From positions 1,056,001 to 1,120,000 of the forward strand of contig CP122380.1 in assembly GCA_024650005.2 (NCBI GenBank): a stretch of DNA of 64,000 nucleotides. Direction: 5' to 3'. Shown piece after piece: positions 10,427-20,082 of the stretch (its first letter is position 1; the number at the start of each line of letters is the position of its first letter). The translations under genes and the position numbers were made by a program. The notes below the pieces were generated by a model. The model made no database searches and was not told where the DNA came from. It was given only the letters and a program-made list of their open reading frames with translations. Source of the DNA: Candidatus Bathyarchaeum tardum (GTDB lineage Archaea > Thermoproteota > Bathyarchaeia > Bathyarchaeales > Bathyarchaeaceae).

Positions 10427-10969
10427 TTAGACAACGTATCTGTAAGACACGTATTTTCCTGCGGTTTTACTGTTCCTGATGACTCTTACGATATCTCCTG
10501 GTGTTCCGCCAACTGCAATTATTGCTGGGTCTGTTTCGTTAATTCTTGGTAGCTGATAAGGTATTATTTTGCTGTCTTCAAGGAACTTTGTTTTTTCTTC
10601 AGGATCTAATAGTTCATGTTTTGAAACAAAATCATGGTCGAATATTTGGAATGAGGGAAAAATTTTCGGAATTAATTCTATTCCACTTGTTTTTGCCCTG
10701 GATTTTGCAGTATGTGTGTATTTGCCGATTGTAGTGACTATTCCCTTTTTAATTTCAGCGTCATCCATTGCTTTTTTGAGTTGTGTAACATATGCAACTC
10801 CAACAGTACCCTCTGCTGTTATTGCCCAAAGAATAGCCTTCTCCCCATCTTTCATTTTGAGTGTGTAACTAGTGGCGTTTTTAATTTCTTCTTTTTTGAG
10901 AACTTTGTAACCGCGAAGTTTTATGAGGACTTTGGTTTTTTTCTCTACCAATATTTCTTCAGAACTCAA
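10427..10969 (-). CDS. rpoH: RNA polymerase subunit Rpo5/RpoH with RPB5-like N-terminal extension
   Basis: C-terminal HDFVSKHELL..QLPRI..DP..GDIVRVIRNSKTAGKYVSYRYV is the RpoH/RPB5 C domain, preceded by about 105 extra residues. Confidence 0.9.
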   Translation of the reverse strand: MSSEEILVEKKTKVLIKLRGYKVLKKEEIKNATSYTLKMKDGEKAILWAITAEGTVGVAYVTQLKKAMDDAEIKKGIVTTIGKYTHTAKSRAKTSGIELIPKIFPSFQIFDHDFVSKHELLDPEEKTKFLEDSKIIPYQLPRINETDPAIIAVGGTPGDIVRVIRNSKTAGKYVSYRYVV

Positions 10970-11047
10970 TTATCATTCCTCATGTTAAACGAGTATTTAG
11001 AGGGAACCCTCTACTAACCCTTTAAACTTTACGCTATTTTTAAAGTT

Positions 11048-11275
11048 TTAAAGTTCAGTTACTGTGATTATAGAGACTGGACATGCATCTTCTGCGTCTT
11101 TAGCGCTTTCAATTTCTGTGTCGTCAAATTCTCCAACTGACTTTAATTCATCTGTTTCTCCGCCAATAACAGTTGATTTTCCTTCTTCGTCTGGTTCAAA
11201 ATGTGACGGATTTAAACTGTAACACGAACCACATGCAATGCAGTTTTCACGCTTGATTTCAATTTGATATTTCAT
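11048..11275 (-). CDS. Single-cluster ferredoxin
   Basis: CIACGSC...ACPV; acidic, 75 aa. Confidence 0.88.
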   Translation of the reverse strand: MKYQIEIKRENCIACGSCYSLNPSHFEPDEEGKSTVIGGETDELKSVGEFDDTEIESAKDAEDACPVSIITVTEL

Positions 11276-11399
11276 GATGTCTCCCACCTTGTTTAATAAT
11301 TGTTGTTGCTATTTATAACTTAAATTTTTTCTTGAACAAAACATTATAATATTAAAAACTAACTCTCAAGGTGAGCGCACAGTCAGGTGATAAGGCGTA

Positions 11400-11870
11400 A
11401 TGAAAAAACGGTTTGAAACCGTAGCAGTTGGCGGAACTTTTGACCTGTTTCATAAGGGTCACTTAGCTCTTTTGCTGAAAGCTTTTGATGTTGGCAATTA
11501 TGTTCTTGTTGGGCTTTGTTCAGATGAGTTTGTAAAAAAAGTACAAAAACCTCATGCGATTGCTACTTATTTTCAACGTCTTGAAGCCTTGAAAGAATTT
11601 TTAGGATCAAATGGGCTATTAGAACGTGCTGAAATTGTTCCTTTGTTTGATGCTTATGGGATTACGTTAACTGATGAGCGTATTCAGGCTATAGTTGTAA
11701 GTGAAGAAACCGAACCTCAGGCAATAAAAATCAATAAGAAACGTGAAAGCATGGGTTTGCCTGTTTTGCCTATTGTTACTGTTAAAATGGTTTTATCTGA
11801 GGATAATTTCCCAATTTCTTCGACGCGTATTTGGTTTGAAGAAATTGATCGTGAAGGAAATTTGCTCTAA
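11400..11870 (+). CDS. coaD: Phosphopantetheine adenylyltransferase (archaeal/eukaryotic type)
   Basis: VGGTFDLFHKGH (HxGH), IVVSEET, ISSTRI. Confidence 0.9.
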   Translation: MKKRFETVAVGGTFDLFHKGHLALLLKAFDVGNYVLVGLCSDEFVKKVQKPHAIATYFQRLEALKEFLGSNGLLERAEIVPLFDAYGITLTDERIQAIVVSEETEPQAIKINKKRESMGLPVLPIVTVKMVLSEDNFPISSTRIWFEEIDREGNLL

Positions 11871-11981
11871 AATTGTAGCGATAATGTTTTTCATGTTTTT
11901 TGTTTCGATTCGGAATTAACATAAACAATTCGAAATATTTTATATCAGATGTCTTGAGTAATAATATATAGTGTGTCGTGT

Positions 11982-12203
11982 ATGCCTAAAAGAGTTCATA
12001 TCATGGCTGAGTTGTCCCTGGTCTCTTCAGAGACTTCAGATGATTCGATAAGACAGGCAATACGCAATAAGGCAAAAATTCCTTGGTGCACTTCAATAGA
12101 TGAAATCGTAATCGAAGATATGAATGATTATTGTAAATTATTGCAACAAAAGGGCGTATCTACTACTGTTGTGAGGAATTTAATTCATTTCTATACTGAG
12201 TAA
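11982..12203 (+). CDS. Small hypothetical protein
   Basis: 73-aa ORF with TATA-like TTTATAT upstream; protein-like composition. Confidence 0.6.
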   Translation: MPKRVHIMAELSLVSSETSDDSIRQAIRNKAKIPWCTSIDEIVIEDMNDYCKLLQQKGVSTTVVRNLIHFYTE

Positions 12204-12246
12204 CAGAATCGACTTTTATTGTAATTTAAATTTTTATTAATGTTGG

Positions 12247-12789
12247 CTATTTTTGGCTGTGGACTTTAGTAACTATTCCAATTTTTGCGAACATTTCTTT
12301 TTTGGCTTTACATATTGGGCAAACATATGGGGGATCTTCCCGGAAACAAACGTAGCCGCATTGTTGGCAGTACCATAGTTTTATATTTATTTCTGTATCT
12401 TTTTTTTCCTTTTGTGTTGTGTTTTGTGGTGTTTGTTCTTCAGCGGAAGCAGAATATGCTCTGCCTTGTTTTTCTATTGGTCTTCTTTCGGGAATCTGTT
12501 GGATTTTTTTTGATTCATTCACGTCTTTGCTGACATAAAGTGCACAATAACATTGTCCATAATCGACTATGTCTGGGTCGCGGTAATCGCAGGGGCATAT
12601 TATGTCTCTGTCAAGTTCTAATTTTCCTGAAGCTAATCTACATGGACACAAAGGATACCCATAACGTTCTTCATTTTTTTGTAAACCTTCTAGAAGATCT
12701 TGAAGCATTTCGGGGTCAGGTGTCAGGTAATATCCATTTGCTTTTGCGTCGCTTTCAACTCTTTTTTTGATGTTTTCTAAGTTGGTCAA
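12247..12789 (-). CDS. Ferredoxin:thioredoxin reductase-like catalytic subunit fused to a rubredoxin-like domain
   Basis: CPC, CPC, CYC motifs of FTR; C-terminal CQQCGY..CPIC. Confidence 0.9.
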   Translation of the reverse strand: MTNLENIKKRVESDAKANGYYLTPDPEMLQDLLEGLQKNEERYGYPLCPCRLASGKLELDRDIICPCDYRDPDIVDYGQCYCALYVSKDVNESKKIQQIPERRPIEKQGRAYSASAEEQTPQNTTQKEKKDTEINIKLWYCQQCGYVCFREDPPYVCPICKAKKEMFAKIGIVTKVHSQK

Positions 12790-13070
12790 AGTTCAAGAAT
12801 CTCCTTTAGTTTGTCTTGAGGTGCACCTGTAATCAAAATTTTGTTATCAATAATTAGTGTAGGATATACAAGAGGTCCTCCACGGGTAATGATGTCTTGT
12901 TTAATTTTTTCTTTATCCTCATTGTTTAGTACGTCGATGTCCACGTATTCATATTCAACATCATTTTCTTTCAAAAAATTCTTGGCACGTTTGCACCATC
13001 CACATGTGCTGATGGCGTACACAAGAACATGGTGTTTGTTATTGTTGCCAGAAACTTTGATTGTTTCCAT
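12786..13070 (-). CDS. Glutaredoxin/NrdH-like redoxin
   Basis: STCGWCK active site, YPTLII cis-Pro motif; overlaps the FTR start by 4 nt. Confidence 0.9.
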   Translation of the reverse strand: METIKVSGNNNKHHVLVYAISTCGWCKRAKNFLKENDVEYEYVDIDVLNNEDKEKIKQDIITRGGPLVYPTLIIDNKILITGAPQDKLKEILEL

Positions 13071-13176
13071 CTTTTGTCTCCCCTTTCTCCTAGATTATAT
13101 TCTTCTTATATTGATTTAAATGTAACACTTTTTTGTTGTCCAATTTTCGCACAAAAAATCTTTATTAAAAAGCGTT

Positions 13177-14196
13177 TCAAACTAAGACCATACAATCTGA
13201 TGGTTTGCTTCCTAGCAACACTCGGTAATAGTCTTCTTTATTCTTTTGTTGAATTTTTTCAAGTTTGCCCTGAGCTATTACTTTTTCTCCGATTCTTGTG
13301 TGTTCACAGAACCTGCCCCGAAATGATGCAATTTCATTCAGTTGTTTAACTTTTAGGCCTTCAATTATTTCAACATCACCGAGTTTGTAACTGCATGGCG
13401 TAAATAATGCATTCGAATCATCAGTGATTGTGGCTCTGATTTTTGCGTAACCTGCAGGTTCGTAGATTTTTTCCCCGTATTTTTCGGTGATTTCGTTGAA
13501 GTCTTTTACGAAACGTATGAAAAAGTGTTTACCCCTAAACATGCCATGAGAAATTTTTCGTGAGTCTGTTCGTGCAAAATCTTTGAAGGATACCTTTGTG
13601 TCTTTTGACCGGAATTCATACAGTTCTTTTAGTCCAGGTGTGTCGTATGCTTCAATGGGGTTGTTTTTGTCTTCCATTAGTTGCTTCATTGTTTTTGCAA
13701 CTTGGTAACCTGTTTTTGTCCCATAAACAACTAGGTCAATATCTGAAGCAGGTTCCTGAAGCTTCACCAGTATGGAACCTGAAACACCTAACTTTCTCCA
13801 TTGTACGCCAGACTGTTTTTGCAAGATTTTCATGAAATGTAAAGCTGCTTGTTGGGCATCGTCTAGCGTGTTTTCGTTTTGTAGCTTTTGCAGTCCCTCT
13901 GCTGGTTGATAATGTGTTTTGATGTCTTGAGTTGGAACTTCACATAGAATGGTATTGAATACCGGGTCGTTAACTAGATATTGGGGGTATTCACGTTCTA
14001 GCAGATCGTAACGTTTAGATAAAGCATAAAATTTGCTGAACCGCTTTCCGTTTCTTTTCCTGTTACCCTCCACGTCTGGAACATACCGAATAAAGGCAAT
14101 AACTTTGTTTGGCGGATGAGCTAATCCCTTGACGTCAAAAATGATGTCATCCTTGGTTTGTATTAGGTCTCCTTCTCTGGGATTCATGGTGGTCAC
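13177..14196 (-). CDS. Predicted nucleotidyltransferase (COG1665-like)
   Basis: REGD..FDVKGLAHP N-terminus, GVSGSIL..SDIDLVVYG pol-beta motif, C-terminal OB-like region. Confidence 0.78.
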   Translation of the reverse strand: MTTMNPREGDLIQTKDDIIFDVKGLAHPPNKVIAFIRYVPDVEGNRKRNGKRFSKFYALSKRYDLLEREYPQYLVNDPVFNTILCEVPTQDIKTHYQPAEGLQKLQNENTLDDAQQAALHFMKILQKQSGVQWRKLGVSGSILVKLQEPASDIDLVVYGTKTGYQVAKTMKQLMEDKNNPIEAYDTPGLKELYEFRSKDTKVSFKDFARTDSRKISHGMFRGKHFFIRFVKDFNEITEKYGEKIYEPAGYAKIRATITDDSNALFTPCSYKLGDVEIIEGLKVKQLNEIASFRGRFCEHTRIGEKVIAQGKLEKIQQKNKEDYYRVLLGSKPSDCMVLV

Positions 14197-14277
14197 AGGT
14201 TTTGTTTAGTTTGTTCAATTAATTTTTTGGCTGTTATTATCTTTTGTGAAAAAGGCTTTGAATTAATAAGTTTTTGT

Positions 14278-14988
14278 TTAATTATTTTCAAGGTCAATCA
14301 AGGTGAATATTCCCGATCTTTTGAGACTATAATATAATGGCAAAGCGATGGCTGAGGTTATGATTACTGCAACTATTCTTTCTATTGGGTAAATGAATAT
14401 GATGCTGTTCCAGATTTCTGCTTGAAGATCAAAAATCCATATTGCTAAACTACCGCCGACCATATGGTCAGTTAATGTGCCTACAAAGGCTGCGATGGGG
14501 ATTCCTAATCCTAGTTTTTTTATGTTTGACATTTCAGTTGACCAAACTGCAAGTCGTGTAGAAAAAATCAGTGCTATGATAATTGCAATTATGTGCAGAA
14601 ACGGATAGAATATTGCTTTCATTCCGAAAGGGTGAACATAAAATGCGCTAATGAAAATTGCAATTATTGCGGCTGAAATGTATCCTTGTTTTTTTATGGT
14701 GAAGCCTGCACTAATAGCTCCAAGGGTGGCAGGCAAAAATGATGCAAAACCGAAGATGGCGCCTGCAGGGTTTATGAACATGGCGATGACTGAGCCAATT
14801 AGTACGGCTATTCCCCCTGTTATTGGTCCGAGAAGTATTCCGATTAATGGAGAACTTATTACGCCTAATGTTATCGAACCTGAGACTCCTATTGTGATTG
14901 TATACGGTAGGCTGCTCAAAACCGTGTGAAATGCTGCAAAAACTGTTATTAATGCTAGACCTTTTGTGGTGCGTAAGTTTTCAAACAT
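14278..14988 (-). CDS. ECF transporter S-component-like membrane protein
   Basis: ALITVFAAF..PLIGILLGPITGGIAVLIGS pattern, 6-7 TM helices, YPIER motif. Confidence 0.65.
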   Translation of the reverse strand: MFENLRTTKGLALITVFAAFHTVLSSLPYTITIGVSGSITLGVISSPLIGILLGPITGGIAVLIGSVIAMFINPAGAIFGFASFLPATLGAISAGFTIKKQGYISAAIIAIFISAFYVHPFGMKAIFYPFLHIIAIIIALIFSTRLAVWSTEMSNIKKLGLGIPIAAFVGTLTDHMVGGSLAIWIFDLQAEIWNSIIFIYPIERIVAVIITSAIALPLYYSLKRSGIFTLIDLENN

Positions 14989-15443
14989 ATCTTCACCAAA
15001 TTAACAGAGTGTAATTTTTTACACAGTCTATATTTCTCTTTGCTCTTACTATATAATATTGTTTCTATTGTTTGTAACAATATTTTCAGGGGTTTGTGCA
15101 ACTGAATGGGAGTTGCTAATATTGATGATGTAATTTGATTGCCTGTGCTGCTGGAAGACCTTGCGTTTAAGTTTATGGGGCTTCGAAGAGAGCAGACTGC
15201 TTTGGACTGGTGGAAGATTGATGAGCCTTTCAGCAAGGGTAATAGGTTAGGGTACTGTAGATTCTGCTTTGGTTAGTTTGTGCTGCATCTAGCGGTAACC
15301 TCTGCGAAACTAGCCAAAACAAAGAACTAGTAAATCGGTTGCCTTCTCTGGCTAAGCGAATGGTCTATCTAATGTCCGAATACAAAGGCTTTTAAAAACA
15401 CACAAGCAATAGACAATTTAACACCCAATCTTCGGAATAGAAA

Positions 15444-17798
15444 TTGTTGTCAAAACGTGCTGGATTGATTGTTTTCTTAGCTATCGTGGCACTTGCTAGT
15501 ATTTTAGCTCTCTTAGATATCAGAGAATCCGTAGTTATTCCCCTCCTTACATCTTCGATCAACATCGTCTTTCGGGTGGGAGCATTATCCGTTGTTGCAT
15601 TCATTTCTGCTAAAAGTTACTTGAAGAATGGGTCTTTCCAGCTTCTCTTAATTGGCAGCAGCATGGTAGCATTTGCCGTCGGAGCAATGCTTAATTCGGT
15701 GGGTATGTTGCTGGCTTTTCCTGAATGGATAAACTTCGCTTTAAGCATGATAACTATATCATTTCTCACGTTTGCCGCCCTTAACCTATTGGCTGCAATC
15801 ATTCTCTTCTTTAGAAGAAAGGTTTTCCATCCCACACCAACAGTATTGAAGCGAAACCTATTCCTTGGCTATCTTAGTGCAGCAATCCTGATGGTTGCAA
15901 TCGGCTGGATAGTAATGGCTGGAATTATCCCACCCTTTGCAATAGCAAGAGAGTACACTCTGACACGCAATTTTACATTAACTGGCGCTCTTGTCCTATT
16001 CCTACTTAGTACAATGGTTATGAGTAAAGTGTATTTCGAGTCAAAATCAAAAGTGCTATTCTGGTACACTCTGGGCTTGGGCTTGCATGTGGTGAGTGTC
16101 TCTTCGCTGCTTCTGGCGTTCAGTGCTGGCACTCCATTGTCATGGTTGGGTTCTGTTGCCCAGTGTTTTGGAAGTGTCTTCTTGGTTATTGCATTGCTTG
16201 CAGGTTACAAAACCCCAGATATCGTTAACGGTTGGACGGATGCATTTAAGCGAGATAAACGGCAGTTAAGCCAGCTTTTCTTGCATATGAACACGGGTTT
16301 TGCCTATTCCAAAATGATGTTTGATATTCAGGGAAAACCAATAGACTACGTTTTCATAGAGGTTAACGATGCTTTTGAGGGGTTAACTGGACTTAAAAGG
16401 TCTGCTGTCTTGAATAGAAGAGCTACAGAGATTATTCCGGGCATAGAGAAAGACCCCGCAGATTGGATAGGCATTTTTGGAAAGGTCGCTTCAACAGGGC
16501 AACCTGCAAAGTTTGAGAATTACTCAGAGCAACTTCGTCGATGGTACTCAGTGTCTTCTTACAGTTCGGAAAAAGGCTTTTTTGTGGCTCTATTTGAGGA
16601 TATCACCGACCGAAAGCGTACAGAAGAGGCTATGCGCGAAAGTGAGGCGCGGCTGGTCGAGGTTGAACGGGATTTGACTCGTGCTCAGACTGTTGGGAAA
16701 ATTGGCAATTGGCGACTTGACACTAAACGTAACGTTTTGCTTTGGTCTGATGAGAACTATAGAATATTTGGAGTGCCCAAAGGCACACCTCTGACTTATG
16801 AAATCTTTCTTAGCATTGTGCATCCTGATGACAGGAAATATGTTGATGAGAACGTGAAGGCGGGATTTGAAGGCAAACTGTATGATGTGGAACATCGGAT
16901 AATTGTTGATGGGAAAATAAAGTGGGTGCGAGAAAAATCTGAATTAGAGTTCGACCCAGACGGCACACTGCGGGGAGTATTTGGGACCACTCAGGATATT
17001 ACCGATTTAATGGAAACGCGACTTAAGCTTGATTTCTATAATAAACATCTAGAGGACCTTGTTGAAGAGAAGAGTAAGCAGCTTAGAGATGCCGAAAGGC
17101 TCGCAGCAATCGGTACAACGGCTGGCATGATTGGGCATGATATCCGTAATCCCCTGCAGGGCATTGATGGTAGTATTTATTTGGCAAAAGAGAGCGTCAT
17201 TTCATCATCGGCTAAGAGTGACGAGAAAAAGGAGCTGCTGGATGAGCTTGAGTTGATTAGCCAGCAAGTAGCATACATAGATCATATGGTTGCGGATCTT
17301 CAGGACTTTGCCAAGACAATTATACCTAAAAAAGAGGAAATAGACATCTCTAAATTAATTATTGAGTCTCTTTCTATGGTCAAAATTCCTGATGTTATTA
17401 ATGTTAATGTTGCTTTGCCTGATGAGCCCGTAATATTGGCTGTTGATCCATTACATATGAAGCGCGTTTTTTCGAATTTAATCAAGAATGCTGTCCAAGC
17501 CATGCCTAATGGAGGAGAATTGTCCATCATTGTTTTCCGCAAGGATGTTCATTTATGGATCCGTTTTGAGGATAGCGGTGGTGGAATTGCAGAAGAAGTT
17601 AAGCCGAAGATTTTCACGCCTTTGTTTACTACAAAGTCTAAGGGGCAGGGTTTTGGGTTGGCTGTCTGCAAAAAGATTGTTGAGGCTCATTCAGGAGAGA
17701 TAACTTTTGAGAGCAAAAAAGGAAAAGGCGCTACCTTCATAATAAAATTACGTACAAACGGGGTTGATGATGTTTGGAGAAGAAGAGGATTCTCATAG
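15444..17798 (+). CDS. Membrane-bound PAS/PAC sensor histidine kinase
   Basis: Multi-TM N-terminus, two PAS domains, H-box GHDIRNPL, N-box NLIKNAVQAM, G1 DSGGG, FTTK, GFGL. Confidence 0.93.
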   Translation: MLSKRAGLIVFLAIVALASILALLDIRESVVIPLLTSSINIVFRVGALSVVAFISAKSYLKNGSFQLLLIGSSMVAFAVGAMLNSVGMLLAFPEWINFALSMITISFLTFAALNLLAAIILFFRRKVFHPTPTVLKRNLFLGYLSAAILMVAIGWIVMAGIIPPFAIAREYTLTRNFTLTGALVLFLLSTMVMSKVYFESKSKVLFWYTLGLGLHVVSVSSLLLAFSAGTPLSWLGSVAQCFGSVFLVIALLAGYKTPDIVNGWTDAFKRDKRQLSQLFLHMNTGFAYSKMMFDIQGKPIDYVFIEVNDAFEGLTGLKRSAVLNRRATEIIPGIEKDPADWIGIFGKVASTGQPAKFENYSEQLRRWYSVSSYSSEKGFFVALFEDITDRKRTEEAMRESEARLVEVERDLTRAQTVGKIGNWRLDTKRNVLLWSDENYRIFGVPKGTPLTYEIFLSIVHPDDRKYVDENVKAGFEGKLYDVEHRIIVDGKIKWVREKSELEFDPDGTLRGVFGTTQDITDLMETRLKLDFYNKHLEDLVEEKSKQLRDAERLAAIGTTAGMIGHDIRNPLQGIDGSIYLAKESVISSSAKSDEKKELLDELELISQQVAYIDHMVADLQDFAKTIIPKKEEIDISKLIIESLSMVKIPDVINVNVALPDEPVILAVDPLHMKRVFSNLIKNAVQAMPNGGELSIIVFRKDVHLWIRFEDSGGGIAEEVKPKIFTPLFTTKSKGQGFGLAVCKKIVEAHSGEITFESKKGKGATFIIKLRTNGVDDVWRRRGFS

Positions 17799-18126
17799 TT
17801 GACGACGACGGATTATCATAAATGTGTTTTCTCGAATTCTGCAGAACCAAGGATACATTGTATACGCTGTTGAAACAGGGAAAAACCATGGATAAAATGG
17901 ACACTCAGAAATATGATCTGACTTTGATTGACGTGAAGCTTCCAGGCATTGACGGAAGGGTTCTTCTTCCAAGAATTCATTCATTTCATCCTGAAATGGT
18001 AAAGATTGTTATCACGGATTTCCCTCTTTAAAAGATGCAAACCAAATTATGTGACAAGGAGCAACAGCTTATCTGGTAAAGCCAGTAAAATCAGAAGAAT
18101 TAGTCAAATTAATCAACAAAAACTAG
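17774..18126 (+). pseudogene. Decayed response-regulator receiver gene
   Basis: Pieces KRILIVDDD / VFSRILQNQGYIVYAVETG / YDLTLIDVKLPGIDG..KIVIT / GATAYLVKPV are separated by at least three frameshifts and an in-frame TGA. Confidence 0.88.
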
Positions 18127-18216
18127 AAATGCACTAGACTTAGAAGAGCCAAAATTCATTTTTGTGTTGTTGTTTTTGGTATCCTTATTAGGTTCCATTT
18201 GTTGGTATTGCTCATC

Positions 18217-18840
18217 ATGCTAACTGATTGTAGTTCTAGTTCCCCTGCTGATTTCGGTTGCAGTTTGGCGGATTTCGTTTCGAAATATTTATCTCCTCCG
18301 ACTGTGGCCATAGTGGCAACTGTTCTGTTTTCTTTGTGGTCTCCTATTGGGTTGGGTTCTCTTGGTCCGGTTTTAAGCATCGTTTTTAGTTTTTTATTGT
18401 TTGCTTTTTTTCCTTTTTTGCCTGTGATTTACTTCTATAAAAAGAAAACCGTAGACCTTTACGTTTCAAAGCGAGAAGAACGTTTACCTTTTTTATTGTA
18501 TGCCCTAGTTAGTTACTTGTCAGCGGCTATTTTGTTCTTTTTTACAGACACGACAATTTTGTTTTTGTTGGCTTTGGGTTACGTTTCAGTGACCGCTGTT
18601 TTGATAATTGTTAACCAATTCTCAAAAGTCAGCATTCACTGTGCTGGAGTAACCGGACCAATATTCGCTCTAGTTTTCGTTTTCGGTATCGAGATTATTC
18701 CAATATCTGTAATCATAATTCTAGTCTGCTGGTCCCGAATAAAACTAAAAAACCACACTCTCACACAAACCCTTGCAGGAACGCTAATTGCCCTAACAAT
18801 TGGACTAATAGAATACAACCTACTTTATCCAATAAACTAA
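18217..18840 (+). CDS. PAP2-superfamily-like membrane protein
   Basis: KVSIHCAG and WSRIKLKNHTLTQ (SRx5H) motifs; multiple TM helices. Confidence 0.65.
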   Translation: MLTDCSSSSPADFGCSLADFVSKYLSPPTVAIVATVLFSLWSPIGLGSLGPVLSIVFSFLLFAFFPFLPVIYFYKKKTVDLYVSKREERLPFLLYALVSYLSAAILFFFTDTTILFLLALGYVSVTAVLIIVNQFSKVSIHCAGVTGPIFALVFVFGIEIIPISVIIILVCWSRIKLKNHTLTQTLAGTLIALTIGLIEYNLLYPIN

Positions 18841-18883
18841 AAGATGTCGAATTTTTCTTTCAATTATTAAATTGATTATGTTT

Positions 18884-19900
18884 TTATTTCTTGTGTTGTT
18901 TATCAGTTAAAATATTTGAAAAGATGTTTAATGGCCATTTAGTAAATGCTTTATCAAATGAAATATCCATCTCTGTGATGCCATCAATTTTTTTAATCTT
19001 TTCTTCCACTGTAAACCAATCTTCAAAATCTTCTAAAGCAATTAATATTCTTATGCTATAAATTCCTAAGTGCCTTATTGCAACTATTACGTTAGGTATT
19101 TGAAGTAGTTCTGAATGAATTCTTCGTTCCTCGGCTTGATTCGAGATTTTTATGAATATTCGTGCAATGGCCTTATACCCCAGTTTTTGAAGGTTAACGG
19201 TTATCGATGACGTTGTCAAAACACCCTTTCTCAATCGATTATATTTGCGAATTACTGTTTGAGTAGGAATGTTGAGTTTTTTTCCAATGAATCTAAAAGG
19301 TTTTCTTGCATCATTTATCAGTATTTTTGCAATTTGTATATCTATTTCATCAAGTTCTATTTTCTTTTCATATTCTCCTTTCGAACTTATGCTATCTTCT
19401 GCTTTATTTTTATAGTTAAGTGGTTTTATAACAAGATTTTCCGGATGGTCCATATGGACTGGTTTAGTCCAAATGAGTGGTTTCATGTTTTTTATGTGTT
19501 CGCATTTTCCAATGTCTTCCATTATGCCACTGAGTTCATTAATCGATTTTAACAGCACAGCAATTCTGATGTTTTGGGGCCCAAACTGTTTTAATATTTT
19601 TTTTGTATACGGCTTATTTCTCAGAAATTGTTTTACTTTTTCATCGTTTTCAGGGGCTGTTTTCATTGTTATATCACACATGCAATCATAGCCCAGACTG
19701 TATGGGTTGACTTGCATTATTGCTCCGTTAATTATTCCAATTTTTTTTAACTTTAAAAATCTAGATCTAACTCCTGTAATGCTAATTTTACACTCTTTAG
19801 CAATTTCTGTAAATGTTGTTCGAGCTTCTTTTAAGAGGTTCCTCAAAATTATTGCATCAATTTCGTCAATTTTATTACTATCATTTTTTTTCATAAGCAA
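18884..19900 (-). CDS. Tandem (double) Lrp/AsnC transcription regulator
   Basis: Two copies of DEID..IL..L..xAR..F..I..K HTH plus RAM-like domain. Confidence 0.88.
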   Translation of the reverse strand: MLMKKNDSNKIDEIDAIILRNLLKEARTTFTEIAKECKISITGVRSRFLKLKKIGIINGAIMQVNPYSLGYDCMCDITMKTAPENDEKVKQFLRNKPYTKKILKQFGPQNIRIAVLLKSINELSGIMEDIGKCEHIKNMKPLIWTKPVHMDHPENLVIKPLNYKNKAEDSISSKGEYEKKIELDEIDIQIAKILINDARKPFRFIGKKLNIPTQTVIRKYNRLRKGVLTTSSITVNLQKLGYKAIARIFIKISNQAEERRIHSELLQIPNVIVAIRHLGIYSIRILIALEDFEDWFTVEEKIKKIDGITEMDISFDKAFTKWPLNIFSNILTDKQHKK

Positions 19901-20082
19901 CTCGGAGATATTGTTGTTCCACTTTTTATTAAAAGCTTCTCTCTACACTTTCTTTTCTTTGTGACTATTTGCAGTAATAATCCTAAATATCATTAATTTA
20001 TCTCATTTTATCAGTGAAGTTTGGAAAATTTTAAATATGATTGTTTTGACTATACAATCAACAAATGATGAAAAATTGAGGA

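Noticed and set aside
15106-15276. Stop-interrupted fragment with QTALDWW resembling a PIP box
   Set aside because: Spacing is one residue short of QxxLxxFF and no family is recognisable; left as an unassigned remnant.
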